Origin: Obrimoposthia wandeli
Lineage: Eukaryota
DNA length: 64,000 bases
Direction of reading: 5' to 3'
Assembly (NCBI GenBank): GCA_977020255.1
Contig: CDROCS010000740.1
Location: forward strand, 496,001-560,000
The translations under genes and the position numbers were made by a program. Below are positions 12,583 through 24,793 of the stretch, one piece after another (positions within the stretch are counted from its first letter, which is position 1; the number at the start of each line of letters is the position of its first letter). Under the pieces are notes generated by a model. It was not told where the DNA came from and made no database searches. It was given only the letters and a program-made list of their open reading frames with translations.

Positions 12583-13090
12583 CCATATTACAAACGATTT
12601 GTTGAAAATATTTCCGACATAGCAACACCATTGAGGAAGTTGACAAGGAATGATGAGAAATTCATATGGGAAAAGAAGCACAACAAGCGTTCGAAGCTCT
12701 CAAAGAAAGATTGATTAAAGCACCGATATTAGCATTTCCGGATATGAATCGACAATTCATATTAATGATGGATGCAAGTAAATATGCTGTAAGAGCAGTA
12801 TAAGGACAAAAGGATGATTAAGGAAGAGAACATGTCATCGCATATGCGAATTAAATAGAGCAGAAAGAGGATACTCTGTTATTGAAAATGAATGTCTAGC
12901 CATATTATATTCATGTAGACAGTACAGACACTATCTGCTAGAACAAAATGTATTCCTGTATACAGATCACAAACCACTACTGTTTTTGTATTAACATCGA
13001 GTTGAAATGAGAAGGTTAAACAAATGGTTTCTGAAATTAGCCAAGTTAGATCTAAAAATCCGATTTAGAACCGGAAATTCGAATGGCAAT
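12583..13090 (+). mobile_element. Gypsy LTR retrotransposon pol remnant (RT connection-RNase H)
   Basis: YYKRFVENISDIATPLRKLTRNDEKFIWEKKQQQAFEALKERLIKAPILAFPD..FILMMDASKYA..HVIAYA, a frameshift, then LNRAERGYSVIENECLAII..YLL..YTDHKPL. Confidence 0.92.
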
Positions 13091-13449
13091 TAAAATTGCT
13101 CGTCAAGATTGGTAAATGTAGAGGAAAAAGAAAACGTAATAAGAGGATGAGAAAGGAAAAGTATACGTAATCGCAAATGTGAGTAGAGGATTGAACATAG
13201 CTGAAAGATGATACTCTGTTTTCGAAAAAGAATATGAGTAGCTAGATGTACTAGATGTAGATTATACAATATCTTCCAGGGATAAAAAGTGTCCATTTGC
13301 AACTGATCGATTTTTCTCAACCAACTTGCATTTATCATCGCTACTGCTTATTGTAATTTTACTTAACCTTGCATTAAAAATTTGATGATTTGACAAGCTT
13401 ATACTTTGTTACTGTACACGCTCGCTAACGCCACTTTCATAGACGTCTA

Positions 13450-14445
13450 AGTAATTAGAATGTTTTATACTTGTCTGTGGTAGACTAATACCTGTAGCTT
13501 TCATCTGAGATTCACCTCTGTAGTCTTTAAGCTATATGATTTTGAACGTATAAAAATCCCTTGCATATAGCTAAATAATCCCTTGCTCTCATATTTAAAT
13601 TTTCCAATTGCTGTATTAAGTGTTGTATAAAGCGAATAGGTTTTGGAAATTTCGAGGTATCCAATAGTCCATCCGCGATCATAGCAGGTAACAATGTTTC
13701 TTGAACATTTACATTATTACACTTCAAGAAAAATCTATCAATGTCACCTGCTATAATTCTAATGTTTTTAATGTTTTTTTTTCTAAAGTTAAATTGAGCT
13801 CGATATTTCTTTAACTGCATATATTGTAGCTCATACATACGAAGTTTATATAATTATAATACTGCCTGGCCTATATAACTAGGACGATCCAAAATAATAT
13901 CTTCCTTATCCAGTAGAACTGCGATAATGACCGTATCGATTTCGATTGTCTTATAAAAGTGGGCTTTACTACAACAGGTTACCAGCTTTTGTGGAGTATT
14001 ACAAATCAGAAGGCTAATTATTTTCATTAGATTCTCAATGAGTTTTCCAAATAAAGAATTCATCTTCAATTTGTAATAATCTCGTTCGAAATCTGTTGTA
14101 GCTGCAGCTCTTTTAAGAGAATTGTCCTCAATATATTTTGAAAAAACATTAGTTTGTTCAAACTGTATTGCTCTGTATACAAAATCTACCTTAGCATCAA
14201 GTCTAACGTACATTTGTAGCAATCTAGAATGCACAACATAATGTTTCTTAGGGTAATGTGTTAGTAATAATTTTTCAGTCTTACACCCTGGTGGACACTG
14301 TTTAATTGGAGCAAGGGCAACATCGTCGAATTTATTATGTAGCTCATTGGGAATGGATTTTAAGCTGGAAATAATATTCCCCAACTCTAACCGATCAGTT
14401 ACCCAGGAAATGTTACCACAAGGTAAAAACTGGGATATTTGGATA
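13450..14445 (-). pseudogene. Protein-primed DNA polymerase B fragment (Polinton), copy 2
   Basis: ORFs 13854-14597 and 13527-13838 give SQFLPCG..KLLLTHYPKKHYVVHSRLLQ..YYKLKMNSLFGK..PSYIGQAVL..IIAGDIDRFF (degenerate YxDTDS). It is paralogous to 20302-21073 and fused directly to an inverted terminus at 14449. Confidence 0.9.
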
Positions 14446-14462
14446 TTGCCGAGTGTGTGTTG

Positions 14463-15092
14463 GTTGCCATGGAAACACGCATAGCAACTGAGTGTATATT
14501 GGTTGCCATGACAAGCACCATGTTTCCATGGCAACGGCCATCTACTCGGGATAAATTTTTCTTCGGGGAGGGTAAATGTCTTTATTCTGAAAGACACACA
14601 TCCCCTACTTATTACTGAACCAATATTAGTAGGAGGAACTAATACTGTTTTCCCACAAAATAAGACAAATATCCCCCTTTCAAATGTTTACTATACGCAT
14701 TGATTATACTTGAATCAATCATAATTTACGAAAAGGAACTGTTAAATTTGTTTAAGCTCCGTAAGCAAATGTAATAAATCTTCCAGAATCATTGCTTGTA
14801 TTAACTTCAATATTGTTTATAGAAGAAGAACTCACAGGAATATATATTGGATTTTCAATACCCATACTTGTGCTTTTCATGTTGAACCCGAATTGATTTT
14901 ATTAATGGAAGTTTAGTTCCTCCTACGAATATTGGTTCAGTAATAAGTAGGGGGATGCGTGTCTTTCAGAACAAAGACATTTACCCGCGAAGAAAAAATT
15001 ATCCCGAGTGGAAGGCCGTTGCCATGGAAACTTGGTGCTGGTCATAGCAACCAATACACTCACTATGTTGCCACGTGTGTTGCCATGGCAAC
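14463..15092. promoter_or_regulatory. Cluster of RFX X-box motifs inside the Polinton termini
   Basis: GTTGCCATGGAAAC (14463, 15018), GTTTCCATGGCAAC (14522), a perfect GTTGCCATGGCAAC (15079), and half or variant sites at 14480, 14502, 15041 and 15067. This is a motif match only; function is not shown. Confidence 0.5.
14645..14945 (-). pseudogene. Polinton penton C-terminus plus start of the core-protein gene (fragment)
   Basis: Aligns by eye to 26290-26600 (ATTATACTTGAATCAATCATA..AATCTTCCAGAATCAT..TTAACTTCAAT..ATTTTATTAATGGAAGTTTA..GGTTCAGTAATA). Minus strand ends KGGYLSYFVGKQY, paralleling QGGNLPYFTGKQY. Confidence 0.85.
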
Positions 15093-18000
15093 CAACACAC
15101 ACTCGGTTGTCATGTGCGTTTCCATGTCAAACAATTCTCCCGAATACGTCAAAGTCATTCCAAGGTCATTCTTTTGTTTAAATGAGTCAAAATTTCAAAA
15201 ATTCTTCAAAATGAGAACTTAAAAACTTTAAAATATTGATATTTGTATTACTTTTATTTACAAGTAACAAATATTTATCAAAATTTAATCTAAGTGTTTT
15301 ATAATATTATCCAAAGGAAACTTATCCTCATTATAATCCTTCATCTCACCAATGCAATACTTTATCGTAATCCTTCAAATTGTCATAATCGAGCATCTAA
15401 TCTTCATTGTCGCAATCTCTCATCATTCATCATCATCTTCAATATAAAATTCCTCATCCTTCGTCTCATCATTTTCATTATCGCAATTCTTCATCCTTCA
15501 TCTCTGTATCTTCATTATCGCAATCCCTCATCCTTCATCTCTCCATCTCATCAATGTAATTCTTCATCGCAATCATTCATCATGTCTTCATCATAATTCA
15601 GCATCTAATCTTCATTATCGCTATCCTTCATCTTATCAATGTAATCCTTTACCGTAATCCTTCATATTGTCTTCATCATAATCCGGCATCTAATCTCTCA
15701 TCCTCATCTCATCATCCTTCATCTCATCATCGTCATTATCGCAATCCCTCATCCTTCATCTCTCCATCTCATCGATGTAATTCTTCGTCGCAATCATTCA
15801 TCATGTCTTCATCATAATTCAGCATCTAATCTTCAGTATCGCTATCCTTCATCTTATCAATGTAATACTTCACAAACTAGATGTTCATGTCATTTATGAT
15901 ATTTAGAGGATTCTAAAAGAATAAGCATAAGTCGGTCTTAGAAGAAAATTATGAGATGTTCAGGAAATTAATAATTTTTTATGAGGAATATTACTAGTAT
16001 ATTATGTATTGATTCATATTGAAATGGATTCATATGTATTCAGAGGAGAAATTAACGATATGTTTATAGAAGAGAATTCCCTGACATGTGATATTTACTG
16101 ATATTAAGATGGTTTAGAGGAAATATTAACGATTATTAAAAGACTTTTTGAGGAAATTAATATGTATGTATGATGTTTATCATATTTGCTGAATTAGTAT
16201 AAGGAGAAAATGCAAAGTATATGGGGTTTATGATATTAGGTAGTTTGGCAGACAAATTAACTAGATGTTCATGTAATTTATGATATTTAGCTGATTCTAA
16301 AATAATAAGCATAAAACCATCTTAGAAGACATTTTTGAGGTATTCAGAAATTTATGATATTTTAAAGATTTAACAGGGTGTTGATTTCAGAAGAGGGAAT
16401 TAGTGGGTTTTAGAAGTAAATTTAAACATAGATATTAACAATTTAGCAAGAGTTTAGAAGGGAAAATGACATAGAAGATAAATTATCGGCTCAGAGGAGA
16501 TATTATCTAGATGCTTCTAGAAGACAAATTTATGATATTTAGATGGTTAAGTATTATTTCAGGAAATTATTTAAGATATATAGGAAAGGAAATTAACAAG
16601 GTGTTCAAGAAATTTGGATATGTAGATGATTTAGAAGATAATTTAGGTTTAAGCATAGATGATTAGTTAATTTTCTTTTACTTAATCTCTCAACTACCAC
16701 GAAATTATCATCTTCTTAACCTTTATACTATTATTCTCTTCTTAGAGAAGAAATTATGCGTTATTTAGTGATTTTGTTATATTCTAACATGGCATTACCC
16801 AAATACCTATCTTTATTGATATTTCTATCATAAAGATGGAATACATGATTTGAATCAATAATGTAGCTGTAACTCACTCTAAAAACTTCCACTATTAAGT
16901 CACAGTAATTTAGGTAAAAATAATAAGTAAAAATAATAAGTAAAAGATAATCGATTTAAAGCATCAGTTTGAAGTATCAGTTATATCTAAATATTCTGTC
17001 ATTATTTGATAATTTGATAATTTATATATATAATGTCTACTAAATAAGTAGTCTCTGAAATTGATGAGTTAGAAGTATTACGAATTATAGGAAAACAACT
17101 AATATGGTCCTAAAGTGATTTATTAATATACTTATATCAATATAGGAGAGAAAATTATGATATTAAGCTGCTTCTAGAAGATATATTAATGATATGTTCA
17201 GAACATTTATGATATTTAATCTGCCTCAAATGGTTTATTGATAAATTTATATCAATATATTTAGGAAATTAATGATATTTAGATGATTCTAAAGGCGAAA
17301 TTATCGATATATTCGATATATTCGGAAATTTATGATATTTAATCCAGTCCAAAGCGATTTATTGATAGCCTTATATCTATATATTCAGGAAATAATTGAT
17401 TTTTCCAGGAAATTTACAATATTTAGATGCTTCTAGAGGAGAAATGTATGATATCTTCGGGAATTCAATGACATTTAAGTGGTGAGATAAGAGAAATTAA
17501 TGATATGCTCAGGAAATCTACAATTAATGATATTCTCAGCACATTTATGTTATCTAATCAGTCACAAATAGGATTATAACAATATATTCAGGAAATCAAT
17601 GATATTTATGTGTTTCTGAAGATAAAATCAATGATATATTTGGAAAATTAATGATATCCTCAGGAAATTTATGTTATCTAACCCACCCCAAATGGTTTAT
17701 TGATAGGATTATATCAATATATTCAGGAAATCTATGATATTTGGGTACTTCTAAAGAAGAAATTATATGATATTTAGTGATATTTGCGAGCATGGCTTGG
17801 AATTTTTCAATTGATTGGAGAAATTTACGGATCAGCATACATTTATGGAGTGTGTATTTGATTCAGTTTAGTAGTCTTAATGTAAATTTAGTCCATATGA
17901 AGATATCAGTGACTGTTCTCCAATCAATAACTTCCAGCAAAATGTGTTCAATATGGTGGAGAAAGTATGAGTCTCTTAGATTGATTTATTGGATGTACCT

Positions 18001-18759
18001 ACATATGAGCTTACAACAAGAATACCACCGATGATAAAACCCATCAATATCTTCTCTATTCCAAGTAAGATATTATAATATGCTGCTTGAAGAAGGTATT
18101 CGCAGAGGAAGGACATTTATCGACCAACATTACTAACTCTGAGGGAGATTCTTTTTTGACAATGTCTCAATTTTCACAGGTCGGAGATTTACCCAGATTA
18201 ATTAGATGGATATAGATGAAAGTATTCCGAATGAATTACATGATAAACTTGACAATCTTAGAAAATAATATTGGAAGACTTTATTATGAAAAGAAGACTG
18301 CTTTGATCATTTTGCTTGGAAGAAGCTATATAAGAGAAATTAGTGATACTTAGGTATTTCTAGAAGAAGTTTTAATGTTATATCTAGGAAATTTACGATA
18401 TTCAGATGGTTCTATAAGATAAAGTAATGATATGTTCAAGGAAAGTTATGATATTTAGCTTGTTCCAGCGGTAGAATTAATGTAATATTCAGGAGATTAA
18501 CGATATTTAGATGGTTCAAGAAGAAACATTAATGATGAATTCAGGAAATTCGTGAGATTTAAGTGATTCTATAAGATAAATGTATGGTATTTAGCAGATT
18601 CTAGAAGATAAATGTATGATATCTCCGGGAAATCTATGATATTTTAATTGGTTCTAAAAGAGAAATCTATGATATGTTCAGGAAATTCATGATATTATGT
18701 TTGTTCTAGAAGAGAAATGTATGATATCTTCGGGAAATCTATGGTATTTAAGTGGTTCT
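14946..18759 (+). mobile_element. Polinton terminus with subterminal repeats (TCA-rich block with a 221-bp duplication; 52-bp degenerate purine-rich tandem repeat)
   Basis: AGTAGGGGG tip at 14946. Duplicated block starts at 15513 and 15734. The TTCTAGAAGAGAAAT..ATGATAT..CAGGAAAT..ATGATATT unit recurs at 18599, 18652, 18704 and 18756. Confidence 0.7.
17790..18265 (+). pseudogene. Third, strongly decayed pPolB fragment
   Basis: AYIYGVCI (compare AHIDGVCI near 21820), MLLEEGIRRGRTFI (GIRGG motif), MSQFSQVGD and IPNELHDKLDNL. Confidence 0.6.
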
Positions 18760-18965
18760 AGTAGGGAGATGTGATGACTTCGACTCAAGGCAATAGGTCT
18801 CTCCCCTGAAGAATGTCAAATTTCTCCCGAGTAGAGTTGTTGGAGGTCACATTTCTCCCGAATAGACCTGTTGTAGGTCAATTTTCTCCCGAGTAGACAT
18901 GATATTTTCAGGTAAACGTCATTTGAAGATCATTTTTTTTAAACGCATCAATATTTGTGCGCACC
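18760..18965 (+). mobile_element. Polinton tip type A, second copy, interrupted by another terminus
   Basis: First about 45 bp nearly identical to 1290. It ends GCATCAATATTTGTGCGCACC where copy 1 reads GCATCAATATTTGTGCGAGCC and continues. Confidence 0.75.
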
Positions 18966-19904
18966 AGTAGGGGGATTTGTGTCTTTCGGTCCACTCCCCC
19001 CCGAAGAACCAGTGCCAGAATCTTTTTTCAGGATATTTCTGTCAACTATTTTTAAATATTCGATTTTTCAGACCAATTTAAATGATTCGTCCGAAATATT
19101 CGGTCAATATTCGGTCAATTTTTGCTCATTTTTAGGCGGAAAATACCGTGTGTCTTTTAGGCCACCTCGATTACTGAGGCTTTTTAAGTGACATTCAGAT
19201 TAATTTTGAGATATTTCTGGGTAGATTTTCTGTGTGTGGTTCGGGCCAAGGCAAATTGACAGGCGAAAATTAGATTTCCGAGGAATTTTAAATGATTTTA
19301 GGGATATTTCGGTCATTTTAGACAAAAGATACCGTGTGACCTTTGGGCCACACCTAAATACTACTTGAATAATTTACTATTCGGAGGTATTCGAAAGGTT
19401 TCTATATAGAGTTTCATTATGTCTTTCCAAAAAGTTTAATTTAAAATTAATTAAATTAAAACCCAATTGTTAGCCAATTCCAGTCATTAGTGAGGCCAAG
19501 TCAAAGTTTGATGGAATTATTACATTATTTTCCACAGATTTTTGATAAATCAATATATTTTGAATTTATAATAACGGTAAAATGTTCTATTTAAAATTAT
19601 ATTTAAATAATGATTTATTGATGTATATATAGGGTTTCTCTCTGTCTTCCCGGAAAACATAATTTTAAAACCAAACGTTCAGTGGTTTCCAGTCATTAGT
19701 TAGGCCAAGTCAAATTTTGATGGAATTATTACATCATTTTCAAGTGATTTTCTATAAATTAATTTCAAAAGTCTTTCAATTTAAGATTTAAAAATACATA
19801 TTGAAATTTATATAAGAAAATAAATAATATTTTATAGAAAAACAAGTTTAAATATAATATAATAAACACAATTCATTAAAAAATATATTCTTTAGATCAC
19901 AAAA

Positions 19905-22900
19905 TCAAACAAATTTTACATTATCCGGATAGAGATAGTGTCCATATACGACTGATCGGTTCTATTCCACCCATTTCCGTTTATTATCGGAACTACTTAA
20001 GGAAATTATAGTCACCTTTACTGTATACAATTGATGATTAAATGAGCTTATGCGGCTCTGCTGCACACGCTCACTTACTCCGCTTTCGTACACAGCAAGG
20101 AAATTACTATGTTTTAAGTTAGTTTGCCTCAAGCTAATACCCTTCGCTCTCATATGCGAATCTTCAGCCGTAGTCAACATACTATAACATTAAGGATTTT
20201 AAAATATGCACACTTTATAAGTACATATCCCTTTACTCTAATCCTTAAATTTTCCTATTTCCGTATTCGCAGTCAAATAGAGTGGGTGAGTTATAGGATA
20301 TTTAGAGGTATTCAAATAATCCATCTGATATCATAGCAGGCAATAAGTCAGCTTGAACATTTACGTTTCTACATTTCAGAAAGAAGCTGTCCGTATCACC
20401 CGCAACGATTCTAATGGAACAGTTAAATTGTACTCTGCACTTCTCTAACTGAGTGTATTGGAGCTCGTACATCCTTAACTTACTCAAATCTAATACCGTC
20501 TGCCCTGTGTAACTTGGTCTATCCAAACAAATCATATCCTTGTTGAGTAAAACTGCAACAAGGTCATTATCTATTTCTATAAACTTACGAAATTGAGCCT
20601 TACTGTATTACAGATTCTTAGGTTAATTCTCTTTTTCAAATTTTCTATCAATTTTCCAAAAAGAGAATTAACCTTTAACTTATAAAAATCTTTCTCAAAA
20701 TCATTTGTTGCCATAGCCCTCTTTTCAGAATTTGATTTAATATACAGCTCAAAGACATTAGTTTGTTCAAACTTGACTGCACGAGTCTAAGATACATCTG
20801 AAGCAGACGAGAATTGACAAGATAGTGTCTTTTTACCCAATGAGTCAAAAGTAGTTTAACTGTTTTGCTACCAGGTGGGCAATCCTTTTTAGAAGCTAAA
20901 GGTAGATCATCTAAATAATTATGTAAATTATCGGGAATACACAAGTCGACTTCAACTAAATGTGCATGTTGGCTACAGCTTAAATCCTTATATGAAAGTT
21001 CTGATATTAAGTCCCCTAATTCTACCCGATCAATCACCCATGAAAACTTTCCTACTGGTAGAAATTGGGACATGGCCCAGCCATATAAATTATTAACATC
21101 AATGTATAATAATGTGTCACCGTTGTGGATACCCGATGCTCATTGACGAAGGTCATCGCGCCTCGAATTCCCCCATGAAACATCTGATGCATTTCCGGAT
21201 CCTGGATGAGTTCCACTGTAGGTCATGCCAGAATAGCAGGGCTTGTAGTGGTTGCCTCGGTGCCCAGTAATAATTTGAAAGCGCTCATGAACGTCAATCC
21301 TAAATTAATTAAATTTATTAAATTTCAAAAATTACAGAAAATATACAAAAAGTATATTTATTAAATTGAGTATTTTTTAAATATTACAAAAAAATTACCA
21401 ACAGTATATTTAAACAAACCAGGTATCGAGAAGAAGTTCAGAGGCTCCAGTCCGTCGTCTGAGATAGCCCAATACCGGAAAGCCGTGAAGAAGTCAGCGA
21501 GCAGGTATACGTCGATTTTCAGGTAAACCAACATATAGTCCCAGATTGAAGCGCAATGGAGATTCTTTGCATGCTCGTACTGGTCGTTGCTGATGTCATC
21601 GTTCCATTTCGCGGGGATGCTTGTGATTTCCCGTAGAGCAGTCTCGGATACCGCTAGATCGTATGGGAAGATTACTTTTCCCGTGACGAGATGAGGTGGG
21701 AATACTGAATTTGTTAGCGGAACATTTCCTAGATTTCCGACGAGTTTCTCGAGACTGATATCCAGAAACTGAAGTGAGACGATAAATCGAATACACACTC
21801 CATCAATGTGTGCGAGCATCGCCTGGAATTTTTCAGTTGATTGTAGAATCACTGAAATACTCCAATGAGAAAACTTATTCAGCGCATGCTTGAGAATGTG
21901 ATGGAGATCGTACTCTCTCAGGTTATAGAAAACTACTGGGATAGCATGATTCAGTCTTCAAATTACAATTGGAATGGGCAGCTCCAAGAAATTCTCCGGT
22001 CATGTGATCATCATCCCGGACCTTATTTACACAGCGCTTATTACACAGGTAACATTTTGTGGCCGCTACGTAACTCGCTACCTGTTCCGGTGTGAGTGGC
22101 TTCATAACTTCCATTGCATGCTGTCTGTACCAAGGCAGCACCACAGTCTTCACCAAGTCCTCCAGTTTCTTCAGAAAGTCAACTAAACAGTTTTCTCCAG
22201 TATAGACTGAATAGTCATGGGTGTATCCAGTCGCGGAACCAGGAGACATCAACATACCGGCCGCTATCGTGAGATGAATCTGACGATGAATGCCGTAAGG
22301 AGCAAGAAACGACTCGAAATCCCCATATACGACGAAGGGCGAAGAGATTGTTTTCATGAAATCCTTAAATGCAATCACTGATTCCGCAGGCATGGTGAAT
22401 AACGTGATCCGATCAAAATTCATGCGACAGAGAGGAATATGCTTTTCGTAGCTGAGCGCTCTCCGGAACCCGTGCAGGTACTTATGACACCAAGTGCACT
22501 GAATTCGCGTACCTACTCCTCTATTACGAAAATTCAGTAATTTATTAAGTTTCAGTTCCGGAGTGTAGTGAAAAGATTCATTATCCTCAATAAGAAGGAT
22601 ATTCACCGGATTCTTATCAGGATTACAAGTCCAATATATCACGTCGATAAACGGATTCTTGAAAATCTCCTGATTATTAGGCAATAATCCAAACCTTTTA
22701 TATGAAAAAACATTGATTGAAAGAGATGGATTTTCTCTCTCAAATCTCGGAATAACCGCGAGTCGCATTGGCATATCCTCATCCTCGTATTTTAAATTAC
22801 CTAAAATTCATTATATTGGGCTGTCCGATACCTATGTCCCGGAATAATATGATATTTCAAAAGAGCTAAAATGCTGTAAATTAAATAAAGTACACCAGAA

Positions 22901-23400
22901 TTTGGATATTGATGATGCACCTTGATGCCTTCAACACGTCACATGTTGGAATAAATGCGCTCCCCTGCAGTCGATTGCTTATTGTAGTTCGGGTTACTAT
23001 GAAATAAATTTCAAGTACCCTCTTCATAATCCAATTACTGGCATTTTGAGAGTACTTCTCAATTTTCGCATTGAGAGACTATATTCCCCTATCAATTAAT
23101 ACAGGAGTGAATGTAGTGGCCTTGTTTGAAACATTCTATTGTTTCACATCACTCTCATTCTTGAACTCCATCTTGATACCGAATTGCACTTTACAAGTAA
23201 CAAATTCTTCAACTATTACTCTTAAAGATTCGATAAAGTGCTGCGGCACTTTTAATTCAATAACATTAGCGCTAGTCTAATCTAACGATAATGTCACATA
23301 GGACCCTCTATTAACCCGTAACCTCGAACTCTTAGCCGCAGATGCACCACTAGTTGATGGCATCGCGCTTAACATACTTGACGGGGGCATAATCCGTTTT
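19905..23400 (-). pseudogene. Protein-primed DNA polymerase B, near full length, multiple frameshifts
   Basis: N-terminal SNWIMKRV..GSAFIP..CIINIQ; YGDFESF; endonuclease VII-like CYLC..VRDDDHMTGEFLGAAHSNCNL; LKIDVYLLAD; GGIRG; YIDVNNLYGWAMS; VAGDTDSFF; RAKGI..LSSSDNKR..YGHY. Confidence 0.95.
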
Positions 23401-23435
23401 CGAGGAGCAGCTACTACAGTAGCTTAAACATGAGC

Positions 23436-23684
23436 TTAAATTGGATCAGCAGCGACTACTGGAGCAGCTACCACAGGAGCTTGAACTGGAGGTACTGATC
23501 TGTAGCTCATGCTGTTCTGTGGAGAATTCCGGAATATCGCTAATTTTCCACGAGTTTGAAAGTATCCAAGATGATCTCGGTGCTCATTCACAAACGTCGT
23601 CCAACCGATGTCCTGAACTGATTCGCATTGCGGACAGACATAATATGTCTTCAGGTTGAAAATTTTCTGGAAATAGGTCTTCAT
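23436..23684 (-). CDS. Small Polinton ORF of unknown function (CPQC motif)
   Basis: 82-aa ORF co-oriented with the block, between the accessory gene and pPolB. No family recognised. Confidence 0.4.
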   Translation of the reverse strand: MKTYFQKIFNLKTYYVCPQCESVQDIGWTTFVNEHRDHLGYFQTRGKLAIFRNSPQNSMSYRSVPPVQAPVVAAPVVAADPI

Positions 23685-23957
23685 TTGTATTCCACACTCG
23701 TGATGTTGATCATTGAAGCACAGATTCTTGTTTATATAGTACTAAAAATAAATATAAAATTTTTAAATAAAACTTTCTTCAGATTCATTCTGTACTTTAT
23801 ACTAATCTAAAGTAATTTGTTGGCCAATAATAATATTTTAATTTTATGATGACGTAATTTTCTACCGTATACCCACTTGAGCTTGTATTACATCATTTGA
23901 ACCCTTATTGTAATTTAACGAACAAGTTATCTGAACCTTAATTAATATTCAAATAAT

Positions 23958-24338
23958 CTATACATGCAGAAAACATTTTTTATAGGCACAATGATAACCA
24001 TGATCAGTATATGGGCATTTAAAATTAAATGGAATAGGTGAAAGACTCTTCAACGTTTTAGAGTAATTAACGATTCTAAAATTAGGGAAATATTTTTGAA
24101 TAGTTTTTATTTTGAGACCATTATATTCATCCAAGACATAGAAAATTGAATTGGATGACTCAAATGATTTATTGATTTCCATTGGATTAAAGAAACTATT
24201 TCCATCACATAAATTCAATTTATGATAATGATTTATTAAATATCTGTTTATTTTTAATGATTTATAATTTTTCTTATCCCATACTGGTTGTATTTTGAAA
24301 ACATAATGTTTGGGATAGAAGATCGCATTCACAATCAT
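23958..24338 (-). CDS. Conserved Polinton accessory protein (exonuclease-like, C-terminal C..H..C motif)
   Basis: HYVFKIQPVW..NRYLINHYHKLNLCDGN..IFYV..KCPYTDHGYHCAYKK resembles a recurrent Maverick ORF (HY+F.PP..N.WL..YHGL.W..G..C..H..CA). Assignment is from memory of the pattern. Confidence 0.55.
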   Translation of the reverse strand: MIVNAIFYPKHYVFKIQPVWDKKNYKSLKINRYLINHYHKLNLCDGNSFFNPMEINKSFESSNSIFYVLDEYNGLKIKTIQKYFPNFRIVNYSKTLKSLSPIPFNFKCPYTDHGYHCAYKKCFLHV

Positions 24339-24429
24339 TATAAAAATTCCTTTATTACAAATTCAGTATTATTATCAATAAATTCTTAAAAATCAATAAA
24401 ATAAACAGACATATTCGATTAATTATTTA

Positions 24430-24745
24430 TTATTTAAAATTGTTTATGCTTGCCAGCCACAGTAAACAGATTTGTCCGCAAGGGCGTGTTAAAGCGCTTT
24501 GATAATGTATTTTATTGAAATGTACTTTCTTATTTGAATCAAGTACTGTAGAGTATAAAACATATATTGCAATTAAATGTTCTCCAGGCAGATTAGATGA
24601 ATGCGTATTGATTACATATCCTCCTGAGTGAATCAATGATGGAATACGATCAAAACTGAAGACTCCATTGACACGCGAACCGAGTCATTTTCTTCTGCTA
24701 TTTGATATTTCGTCAGAACTAAAATTATATATATTAATTAATACA
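24430..24745 (-). pseudogene. Adenain-like cysteine protease (Polinton maturation protease), internally deleted
   Basis: VNGVFSFDRIP..YVINTHSSNLPGEHLIAIY..VLDS..YQSALTRPCGQICL. The His, Asp and Gln/Cys motifs are present, but the spacing is short and there is an upstream stop. Confidence 0.88.
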
Positions 24746-24793
24746 ATAAAAGAGGCTTACTTCATTTTTAATTTAGTTTGAATAATTTTATGT

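Larger units (their letters stand above)
14449..15106. repeat. 194-bp inverted repeat pair (14449-14642 and 14913-15106) made of Polinton termini facing outward
   Basis: Arms are roughly 90 percent identical by eye. Each is AGTAGGGG..GTGTCTTTCAGAA.AAAGACATTTACCC.. plus 33 bp of flanking penton sequence. The spacer is 270 bp. Confidence 0.9.

Noticed and set aside
14446-14597. N-terminal part of ORF 13854-14597 and ORF 14959-15222 as a conserved small protein
   Set aside because: The similarity comes from the inverted terminal repeat DNA read through into pPolB, not from a gene.
15294-15596. 100-aa ORF in the TCA-rich block, or an acidic protein on the opposite strand
   Set aside because: Low-complexity repeat. 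The homologous block at 1740-2040 does not keep the frame, and the minus strand is full of TGA stops.
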